64,000 nt of DNA from the human T2T-CHM13v2.0 reference genome, Homo sapiens. Positions 1 to 12,000 of the stretch are shown in pieces; the first letter of the stretch is position 1, and every line of letters starts with the position of its first letter. Below the pieces are notes generated by a model, which was not told where the DNA came from, made no database searches, and was given only the letters and a program-made list of their open reading frames with translations. Both the position numbers and the translations under genes were made by a program. The DNA lies in the NCBI RefSeq assembly GCF_009914755.1, contig NC_060928.1; one strand, written 5' to 3'.

Positions 1-3000
1 TTTCATAGTGCAGGTTTGAAACACTCTTTCTGTAGTATCTGGAAGTGGACATTTCAAGCGCTTTCAGGCCTATGGAGAGAAAGGAAATACCTTCAAATAA
101 AAACTAGACAGAAGCATTCTCAGAAACTTATTTGTGATGTGTGTCCTCAACTAACAGAGTTGAACCTTTGTTTTGATACAGCATTTTGGAAACACTCCTT
201 TTGTAGAATCTGCAGGTGGATATTTGGATAACTTTGAAGATTTCGTTGGAAACCGGAATATCTTCATATAAAATCAAGACAGAAGCATTCTCGGAAACAT
301 CTCTGTGATGTTTGCATTCAACTCAGTAGAGTTGAACACTTCCTTTCATAGAGCAGGTTTGAAACACTCTTTCTGCACTACCTGGAAGCGGACATTTCGA
401 GCGCTTTGAGGCCTATGGTGAAAAAGGAAATATCTTCTCCTAAAAACCAGAAAGAAGCATTCTCAGAAACTTCTTTGTGTTGCGTGTACTCAAGTAACAG
501 TGTTGAACCTTCCTTTTGACAGAGCAGTTTTGAAACACTCTTTTGGTAGAATCTGCAAGTGGATATTTGGATAGCTTTGAGGATTTCGTTGGAAACGGGT
601 TATCTTCATATAAAACCCAGACAGGAGCATTCTCAGAAACTTCTTTCTGCTGTATGTCCTCAATTCACAGAGCTGAACCTTTGTTTGGATACAGCATTTT
701 GGAAACATTCCTTTAGTAGAATCTGCAAGTTGATATTTAGATAGCGTTGAAGATTTCGTTGGAAACGGGAATATCTTCATAGAAAATCTAGACGGAAGCA
801 TTCTCAGAAACTGCTTTGTGATGTTTGCATTCAAGTCACAGAGTTGACTATTCCCTTTTATAGAGTAGGTTTGAAACACTCTTTCGGCACTACCTGGAAG
901 TGGATATTTCGAGCTCTTTGAGGCCTATGGTTAAAAGGAAATATCTTCCCATATATACTAGACGGAAGCCGTCTCAGAAACTTGTTTGTGATGTGTGTAT
1001 TCAACTAACAGAGTTGAACATTTCTGTTACAGAGCAATTTTAAAACACTCTTTTTGTGGAATCTGAAAGTGGATAATTGGATAGCTTTGTGGATTACGTT
1101 GGAAACGGGATTACGTATAAAATCTAGAGAGAAGCATTCTCAGGAACTTCTTTCTGATGTTTGCATTCAAGTCACAGAATTGAACATTCCTTTTCATAGT
1201 GCAGGTTTGAAACACTCTTTCTGTAGTATCTGGAAGTGGACATTTCAAGCGCTTTCAGGCCTATGGGGAGAAAGGAAATATCTTCAAATAAAAACTAGAC
1301 AGAAGGCTTCTCAGAAACTTATTTGTGATGTGTGTCCTAAACGAACACAGTTGAACCTTTGTTTTGATACAGCATTTTGGAAACACTCCTTTTGTAGCAT
1401 CTGCAGGTGGATATTTGGATAGATTTTAAGATTTCGTTGGAAACGGGAATTTCTTCATATAAACTCAAGACAGATGCATTCTCAGAAACTTCTCTGTGAT
1501 GTTTGCATTCCACTCATAGAGTTGAAAACTTCCTTTCATAGAGCAGGTTTGAAACACTCTTTTTGTAATATTTGGAAGTGGACATTTGCAGCGCTTTGAG
1601 GCCTATGGTGAAAAAAGAAATATCTTCTCATAAAAACCAGAAACGAGCATTCTCAGAAACTTCTTTTTGATGTGTGTACTCAAGTAACAGAGTTGAACCT
1701 TCCTATTGACACAGCAGTTTTGAAACAATCTTTTTGTAGAATCTGCAAGTGGATATTTGGATAGCTTTGAGGAGTTCGTTGGAAACGGGATATCTTCATA
1801 TAAAATCCAGACAGGAGCATTCTCAGAAACTTCTTTGTGCTGTATGTGCTCAATTAACAGAGTTGAACCATTGCTTGGACACAACATTTTGGAAACATTC
1901 CTTTAGTAGAATCTGCAAGTTGATATTTAGATAGCTTTGAAGATTTCGTTGGAAACGGGAATATCTTCATATAAAATCTAGACGGAAGCATTCTCAGAAA
2001 CTGCTTTGTGATGTTTGCATTCAAGTCACAGTGTTGAATATTCGCTTTTATAGAGCAGGTTTGAAACACTCTTTCCGGACTTCCTGGAAGTGGACATTTC
2101 GAGCGCTTTGAGGCCTATTGTGAAAAAGGAAATATCTTCCCATAAAAACTAGACGGAAGCCTTCTCAGAAACTTGTTTGAGATGTGTGTATTCAACTAGG
2201 AGAGTTGAACATTTCTTTTTACAGAGCAGTTTTAAAACATTCTTTTTGTGGAATCTGAAAGTGGAAGTTTGGATAGCTTTGAGGATTTTGTTGGTAGGGG
2301 GATGACATATAAAATCTGGAGAGAAGCATTCTCAGGAACTTCTTTGTGATGTTTGCATTCAAGTCACAGAATTGAACATTCCCTTTCATAGAGCAGGTTT
2401 GAAACACTCTTTCTCTAGTATCTGGAAGTGGACATTTCAAGCGCTTTCAGGCCTATGGAGAGAAAGGAAATACCTTCAAATAAAAACTAGACAGAAGCAT
2501 TATCAGAAACTTATTTGTGATGTGTGTCCTCAACTAACAGAGTTGAACCTTTGTTTTGATACAGCATTTTGGAAACACTCCTTTTGTAGAATCTGCAGGT
2601 GTATATTTGGATAGGTTTGAAGATTTCGTTGGAAACCGGAATATCTTCATATAAAATCAAGACAGAAGCATTCTCGGAAACATCTCTGTGATGTTTGCAT
2701 TCAACTCAGTAGAGTTGAACACTTCCTTTCATAGAGCAGGTTTGAAACACTCTTTCTGCACTACCTGGAAGCGGACATTTCGAGCGCTTTGAGGCCTATG
2801 GTGAAAAAGGAAATATCTTCTCCTAAAAACCAGAAAGAAGCATTCTCAGAAACTTCTTTGTGTTGCGTGTACTCAATAACAGTGTTGAACCTTCCTTTTG
2901 ACAGAGCAGTTTTGAAACACTCTTTTGGTAGAATCTGCAAGTGGATATCTGGATAGCTTTGAGGATTTCGTTGGAAACGGGTTATCTTCATATAAAATCC

Positions 3001-6000
3001 AGACAGGAGCATTCTCAGAAACTTCTTTGTGTTGTATGTCCTCAATTCACAGAGCTGAACCTTTGTTTGGATACAGCATTTTGGAAACATTCCTTTAGTA
3101 GAATCTGCAAGTTGATATTTAGATAGCGTTGAAGATTTCGTTGGAAACGGGAATATCTTCATAGAAAATCTAGACGGAAGCATTCTCAGAAACTGCTTTG
3201 TGATGTTTGCATTCAAGTCACAGAGTTGAATATTCCCTTTTATAGAGTAGGTTTGAAACACTCTTTCGGCACTACCTGGAAGTGGATATTTCGAGCTCTT
3301 TGATGCCTATGGTTAAAAGGAAATATCTTCCCATAAAAACTAGACAGAAGCCGTCTCAGAAACTTGTTTGTGATGTGTGTATTCAACTAACAGAGTTGAA
3401 CATTTCTGTTACAGAGCAATTTTAAAACACTCTTTTTGTGGAATCTGAAAGTGGATAATTGGATAGCTTTGTGGATTACGTTGGAAACGGGATGACGTAT
3501 AAAATCTAGAGAGAAGCATTCTCAGGAACTTCTTTCTGATGTTTGCATTCAAGTCACAGAATTGAACATTCCTTTTCATAGTGCAGGTTTGAAACACTCT
3601 TTCTGTAGTATCTGGAAGTGGACATTTCAAGCGCTTTCAGGCCTATGGGGAGAAAAGAAATATCTTCAAATAAAAACTAGACAGAAGGATTCTCAGAAAC
3701 TTATTTGTGATGTGTGTCCTAAACGAACACAGTTGAACCTTTGTTTTGATACAGCATTTTGGAAACACTCCTTTTGTAGAATCTGCAGGTGGATATTTGG
3801 ATAGATTTTAAGATTTCGTTGGAAACGGGAATTTCTTCATAGAAACTCAAGACAGATGCATTCTCAGAAACTTCTCTGTGATGTTTGCATTCCACTCATA
3901 GAGTTGAAAACTTCCTTTCATAGAGCAGGTTTGAAACACTCTTTTTGTAATATTTGGAAGTGGACATTTGCAGCGCTTTGAGGCCTATGGTGAAAAAAGA
4001 AATATCTTCTCATAAAAACCAGAAACGAGCATTCTCAGAAACTTCTTTTTGATGTGTGTACTCAAGTAACAGAGTTGAACCTTCCTATTGACACAGCAGT
4101 TTTGAAACAATCTTTTTGTAGAATCTGCAAGTGGATATTTGGATAGCTTTGAGGAGTTCGTTGGAAACGGGATATCTTCATATAAAATCCAGACAGGAGC
4201 ATTCTCAGAAACTTCTTTGTGCTGTATGTCCTCAATTAACAGAGTTGAACCATTGCTTGGATACAACATTTTGGAAACATTCCTTTAGTAGAATCTGCAA
4301 GTTGATATTTAGATAGCTTTGAAGATTTCATTGGAAACGGGAATATCTTCATGTAAAGTCTAGACGGAAGCATTCTCAGAAACTGCTTTGTGATGTTTGC
4401 ATTCAAGTCACAGAGTTGAATATTCGCTTTTATAGAGCAGGTTTGAAACACTCTTTCCGGACTTCCTGGAAGTGGACGTTTCGAGCGCTTTGAGGCCTAT
4501 GGTGAAAAAGGAAATATCTTCCCATAAAAACTAGACGGAAGCCTTCTCAGAAACTTGTTTGAGATGTGTGTATTCAACTAGGAGAGTTGAACATTTCTTT
4601 TTACAGAGCAGTTTTAAAACACTCTTTTTGTGGAATCTGAAAGTGGAAGTTTGGATAGCTTTGAGGATTTCGTTGGAAGCGGGATGACATATAAAATCTG
4701 GAGAGAAGCATTCTCAGGAACTTCTTTCTGATGTTTGCATTCAAGTCACAGAATTGAACATTCCTTTTCATAGTGCAGGTTTGAAACACTCTTTCTGTAG
4801 TATCTGGAAGTGGACATTTCAAGCGCTTTCAGGCCTATGGGGAGAAAAGAAATATCTTCAAATAAAAACTAGACAGAAGGATTCTCAGAAACTTATTTGT
4901 GATGTGTGTCCTAAACGAACACAGTTGAACCTTTGTTTTGATACAGCATTTTGGAAACACTCCTTTTGTAGAATCTGCAGGTGGATATTTGGATAGATTT
5001 TAAGATTTCGTTGGAAACGGGAATTTCTTCATAGAAACTCAAGACAGATGCATTCTCAGAAACTTCTCTGTGATGTTTGCATTCCACTCATAGAGTTGAA
5101 AACTTCCTTTCATAGAGCAGGTTTGAAACACTCTTTTTGTAATATTTGGAAGTGGACATTTGCAGCGCTTTGAGGCCTATGGTGAAAAAAGAAATATCTT
5201 CTCATAAAAACCAGAAACGAGCATTCTCAGAAACTTCTTTTTGATGTGTGTACTCAAGTAACAGAGTTGAACCTTCCTATTGACACAGCAGTTTTGAAAC
5301 AATCTTTTTGTAGAATCTGCAAGTGGATATTTGGATAGCTTTGAGGAGTTCGTTGGAAACGGGATATCTTCATATAAAATCCAGACAGGAGCATTCTCAG
5401 AAACTTCTTTGTGCTGTATGTCCTCAATTAACAGAGTTGAACCATTGCTTGGATACAACATTTTGGAAACATTCCTTCAGTAGAATCTGCAAGTTGATAT
5501 TTAGATAGCTTTGAAGATTTCATTGGAAACGGGAATATCTTCATGTAAAGTCTAGACGGAAGCATTCTCAGAAACTGCTTTGTGATGTTTGCATTCAAGT
5601 CACAGAGTTGAATATTCGCTTTTATAGAGCAGGTTTGAAACACTCTTTCCGGACTTCCTGGAAGTGGACGTTTCGAGCGCTTTGAGGCCTATGGTGAAAA
5701 AGGAAATATCTTCCCATAAAAACTAGACGGAAGCCTTCTCAGAAACTTGTTTGAGATGTGTGTATTCAACTAGGAGAGTTGAACATTTCTTTTTACAGAG
5801 CAGTTTTAAAACACTCTTTTTGTGGAATCTGAAAGTGGAAGTTTGGATAGCTTTGAGGATTTCGTTGGAAGCGGGATGACATATAAAATCTGGAGAGAAG
5901 CATTCTCAGGAACTTCTTTGTGATGTTTGCATTCAAGTCGCAGAATTGAACATTCCCTTTCATAGAGCAGGTTTGAAACACTCTTTCTCTAGTATCTGGA

Positions 6001-9000
6001 AGTGGACATTTCAAGCGCTTTCAGGCCTATGGAGAGAAAGGAAATACCTTCAAATAAAAACTAGACAGAAGCATTATCAGAAACTTATTTGTGATGTGTG
6101 TCCTCAACTAACAGAGTTGAACCTTTGTTTTGATACAGCATTTTGGAAACACTCCTTTTGTAGAATCTGCAGGTGTATATTTGGATAGCTTTGAAAATTT
6201 CGTTGGAAACCGGAATATCTTCGTATAAAATCAAGACAGAAGCATTCTCGGAAACATCTCTGTGATGTTTGCATTCAACTCAGTAGAGTTGAACACTTCC
6301 TTTCATAGAGCAGGTTTGAAACACTCTTTCTGCACTACCTGGAAGCGGACATTTCGAGCGCTTTGAGGCTTATGGTGAAAAAGGAATTATCTTCTCCTAA
6401 AAACCAGAAAGAAGCATTCTCAGAAACTTCTTTGTGTTGCGTGTACTCAAGTAACAGTGTTGAACCTTCCTTTTGACAGAGCAGTTTTGAAACACTCTTT
6501 TGGTAGAATCTGCAAGTGGATATCTGGATAGCTTTGAGGATTTCGTTGGAAACGGGTTATCTTCATATAAAATCCAGACAGGAGCATTCTCAGAAACTTC
6601 TTTGTGCTGTATGTCCTCAATTCACAGAGCTGAACCTTTGTTTGGATACAGCATTTTGGAAACATTCCTTTAGTAGAATCTGCAAGTTGATATTTAGATA
6701 GCGTTGAAGATTTCGTTGGAAACGGGAATATCTTCATAGAAAATCTAGACGGAAGCATTCTCATAAACTGCTTTGTGATGTTTCCATTCAACTCACAGAG
6801 TTGAATATTCCCTTTTATAGAGTAGGTTTGAAACACTCTTTCGGCACTACCTGGAAGTGGATATTTCGAGCTCTTTGAGGCCTATGGTTAAAAGGAAATA
6901 TCTTCCCATAAAAACTAGACAGAAGCCGTCTCAGAAACTTGTTTGTGATGTGTGTATTCAACTAACAGAGTTGAACATTTCTGTTACAGAGCAATTTTAA
7001 AACACTCTTTTTGTGGAATCTGAAAGTGGATAATTGGATAGCTTTGTGGATTTCGTTGGAAACGGGATGACGTATAAAATCTAGAGAGAAGCATTCTCAG
7101 GAACTTCTTTCTGATGTTTGCATTCAAGTCACAGAATTGAACATTCCTTTTCATAGTGCAGGTTTGAAACACTCTTTCTGTAGTATCTGGAAGTGGACAT
7201 TTCAAGCGCTTTCAGGCCTATGGGGAGAAAGGAAATATCTTCAAATAAAAACTAGACAGAAGGCTTCTCAGAAACTTATTTGTGATGTGTGTCCTAAACG
7301 AACACAGTTGAACCTTTGTTTTGATACAGCATTTTGGAAACACTCCTTTTGTAGAATCTGCAGGTGGATATTTGGATAGATTTTAAGATTTCGTTGGAAA
7401 CGGGAATTTCTTCATAGAAACTCAAGACAGATGCATTCTCAGAAACTTCTCTGTGATGTTTGCATTCCACTCATAGAGTTGAAAACTTCCTTTCATAGAG
7501 CAGGTTTGAAACACTCTTTTTGTAATATTTGGAAGTGGACATTTGCAGCGCTTTGAGGCCTATGGTGAAAAAAGTAATATCTTCTCATAAAAACCAGAAA
7601 CGAGCATTCTCAGAAACTTCTTTTTGATGTGTGTACTCAAGTAACAGAGTTGAACCTTCCTATTGACACAGCAGTTTTGAAACAATCTTTTTGTAGAATC
7701 TGCAAGTGGATATTTGGATAGCTTTGAGGAGTTCGTTGGAAACGGGATATCTTCATATAAAATCCAGACAGGAGCATTCTCAGAAACTTCTTTGTGCTGT
7801 ATGTCCTCAATTAACAGAGTTGAACCATTGCTTGGATACAACATTTTGGAAACATTCCTTTAGTAGAATCTGCAAGTTGATATTTAGATAGCTTTGAAGA
7901 TTTCGTTGGAAACGGGAATATCTTCATATAAAATCTAGACGGAAGCATTCTCAGCAACTGCTTTGTGATGTTTGCATTCAAGTCACAGAGTTGAATATTC
8001 GCTTTTATAGAGCAGGTTTGAAACACTCTTTCCGGACTTCCTGGAAGTGGACGTTTCGAGCGCTTTGAGGCCGATGGTGAAAAAGGAAATATCTTCCCAT
8101 AAAAACTAGACGGAAGCCTTCTCAGAAAGTTGTTTGAGATGTGTGTATTCAACTAGGAGATTTGAACATTTATTTTTACAGAGCAGTTTTAAAACATTCT
8201 TTTTGTGGAATCTGAAAGTGGAAGTTTGGATAGCTTTGAGGATTTTGTTGGAAGCGGGATGACATATAAAATCTGGAGAGAAGCATTCTCAGGAACTTCT
8301 TTGTGATGTTTGCATTCAAGTCACAGAATTGAACATTCCCTTTCATAGAGCAGGTTTGAAACACTCTTTCTCTAGTATCTGGAAGTGGACATTTCAAGCG
8401 CTTTCAGGCCTATGGAGAGAAAGGAAATACCTTCAAATAAAAACTAGACAGAAGCATTATCAGAAACTTATTTGTGATGTGTGTCCTCAACTAACAGAGT
8501 TGAACCTTTGTTTTGATACAGCATTTTGGAAACACTCCTTTTGTAGAATCTGCAGGTGTATATTTGGATAGGTTTGAAGATTTCGTTGGAAACCTGAATA
8601 TCTTCATATAAAATCAAGACAGAAGCATTCTCGGAAACATCTCTGTGATGTTTGCATTCAACTCAGTAGAGTTGAACACTTCCTTTCATAGAGCAGGTTT
8701 GAAACACTCTTTCTGCACTACCTGGAAGCGGACATTTCGAGCGCTTTGAGGCCTATGGTGAAAAAGGAAATATCTTCTCCTAAAAACCAGAAAGAAGCAT
8801 TCTCAGAAACTTCTTTGTGTTGCGTTTACTCAAGTAACAGTGTTGAACCTTCCTTTTGACAGAGCAGTTTTGAAACACTCTTTTGGTAGAATCTGCAAGT
8901 GGATATCTGGATACCTTTGAGGATTTCGTTGGAAACGGGTTATCTTCATATAAAATCCAGACAGGAGCATTCTCAGAAACTTCTTTGTGCTGTATGTCCT

Positions 9001-12000
9001 CAATTCACAGAGCTGAACCTTTGTTGGGATACAGCATTTTGGAAACATTCCTTTAGTAGAATCTGCAAGTTGATATTTAGATAGCGTTGAAGATTTCGTT
9101 GGAAACGGGAATATCTTCATAGAAAATCTAGACGGAAGCATTCTCATAAACTGCTTTGTGATGTTTCCATTCAACTCACAGAGTTGAATATTCCCTTTTA
9201 TAGAGTAGGTTTGAAACACTCTTTCGGCACTACCTGGAAGTGGATATTTCGAGCTCTTTGAGGCCTATGGTTAAAAGGAAATATCTTCCCATAAAAACTA
9301 GACAGAAGCCGTCTCAGAAATTTGTTTGTGATGTGTGTATTCAACTAACAGAGTTGAACATTTCTGTTACAGAGCAATTTTAAAACACTCTTTTTGTGGA
9401 ATCTGAAAGTGGATAATTGGATAGCTTTGTGGATTTCGTTGGAAATGGGATGACGTATAAAATCTAGAGAGAAGCATTCTCAGGAACTTCTTTCTGATGT
9501 TTGCATTCAAGTCACAGAATTGAACATTCCTTTTCATAGTGCAGGTTTGAAACACTCTTTCTGTAGTATCTGGAAGTGGACATTTCAAGCGCTTTCAGGC
9601 CTATGGGGAGAAAAGAAATATCTTCAAATAAAAACTAGACAGAAGGATTCTCAGAAACTTATTTGTGATGTGTGTCCTAAACGAACACAGTTGAACCTTT
9701 GTTTTGATACAGCATTTTGGAAACACTCCTTTTGTAGAATCTGCAGGTGGATATTTGGATAGATTTTAAGATTTCGTTGGAAACGGGAATTTCTTTATAG
9801 AAACTCAAGACAGATGCATTCTCAGAAACTTCTCTGTGATGTTTGCATTCCACTCATAGAGTTGAAAACTTCCTTTCATAGAGCAGGTTTGAAACACTCT
9901 TTTTGTAATATTTGGAAGTGGACATTTGCAGCGCTTTGAGGCCTATGGTGAAAAAAGAAATATCTTCTCATAAAAACCAGAAACGAGCATTCTCAGAAAC
10001 TTCTTTTTGATGTGTGTACTCAAGTAACAGAGTTGAACCTTCCTATTGACACAGCAGTTTTGAAACAATCTTTTTGTAGAATCTGCAAGTGGATATTTGG
10101 ATAGCTTTGAGGAGTTCGTTGGAAACGGGATATCTTCATATAAAATCCAGACAGGAGCATTCTCAGAAACTTCTTTGTGCTGTATGTCCTCAATTAACAG
10201 AGTTGAACCATTGCTTGGATACAACATTTTGGAAACATTCCTTTAGTAGAATCTGCAAGTTGATATTTAGATAGCTTTGAAGATTTCGTTGGAAACGGGA
10301 ATATCTTCATATAAAGTCTAGACGGAAGCATTCTCAGAAACTGCTTTGTGATGTTTGCATTCAAGTCACAGAGTTGAATATTCGCTTTTATAGAGCAGGT
10401 TTGAAACACTCTTTCCGGACTTCCTGGAAGTGGACGTTTCGAGCGCTTTGAGGCCTATGGTGAAAAAGGAAATATGTACCCATAAAAACTAGACGGAAGC
10501 CTTCTCAGAAAGTTGTTTGAGATGTGTGTATTCAACTAGGAGAGTTGAACATTTCTTTTTACAGAGCAGTTTTAAAACATTCTTTTTGTGGAATCTGAAA
10601 GTGAAAGTTTGGATAGCTTTGAGGATTTTGTTGGAAGCGGGATGACATTTAAAATCTGGAGAGAAGCATTCTCAGGAACTTCTTTGTGATGTTTGCATTC
10701 AAGTCACAGAATTGAACATTCCCTTTCATAGAGCAGGTTTGAAACACTCTTTCTCTAGTATCTGGAAGTGGGCATTTCAAGCGCTTTCAGGCCTATGGAG
10801 AGAAAGGAAATACCTTCAAATAAAAACTAGACAGAAGCATTCTCAGAAACTTATTTGTGATGTGTGTCCTCAACTAACAGAGTTGAACCTTTGTTTTGAT
10901 ACAGCATTTTGGAAACACTCCTTTTGTAGAATCTGCAGGTGGATATTTGGATAACTTTGAAGATTTCGTTGGAAACCGGAATATCTTCATATAAAATCAA
11001 GACAGAAGCATTCTCGGAAACATCTCTGTGATGTTTGCATTCAACTCAGTAGAGTTGAACACTTCCTTTCATAGAGCAGGTTTGAAACACTCTTTCTGCA
11101 CTACCTGGAAGCGGACATTTCGAGCGCTTTGAGGCCTATGGTGAAAAAGGAAATATCTTCTCCTAAAAACCAGAAAGAAGCATTCTCAGAAACTTCTTTG
11201 TGTTGCGTGTACTCAAGTAACAGTGTTGAACCTTCCTTTTGACAGAGCAGTTTTGAAACACTCTTTTGGTAGAATCTGCAAGTGGATATTTGGATAGCTT
11301 TGAGGATTTCGTTGGAAACGGGTTATCTTCATATAAAACCCAGACAGGAGCATTCTCAGAAACTTCTTTCTGCTGTATGTCCTCAATTCACAGAGCTGAA
11401 CCTTTGTTTGGATACAGCATTTTGGAAACATTCCTTTAGTAGAATCTGCAAGTTGATATTTAGATAGCGTTGAAGATTTCGTTGGAAACGGGAATATCTT
11501 CATAGAAAATCTAGACGGAAGCATTCTCAGAAACTGCTTTGTGATGTTTGCATTCAAGTCACAGAGTTGACTATTCCCTTTTATAGAGTAGGTTTGAAAC
11601 ACTCTTTCGGCACTACCTGGAAGTGGATATTTCGAGCTCTTTGAGGCCTATGGTTAAAAGGAAATATCTTCCCATATATACTAGACGGAAGCCGTCTCAG
11701 AAACTTGTTTGTGATGTGTGTATTCAACTAACAGAGTTGAACATTTCTGTTACAGAGCAATTTTAAAACACTCTTTTTGTGGAATCTGAAAGTGGATAAT
11801 TGGATAGCTTTGTGGATTTCGTTGGAAACGGGATGACGTATAAAATCTAGAGAGAAGCATTCTCAGGAACTTCTTTCTGATGTTTGCATTCAAGTCACAG
11901 AATTGAACATTCCTTTTCATAGTGCAGGTTTGAAACACTCTTTCTGTAGTATCTGGAAGTGGACATTTCAAGCGCTTTCAGGCCTATGGGGAGAAAGGAA

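Noticed and set aside
2761-3261. Longest ORF (166 aa)
   Set aside because: It is created by a private 1-bp deletion (actcaataac, ~2877) that removes a stop by frameshift.
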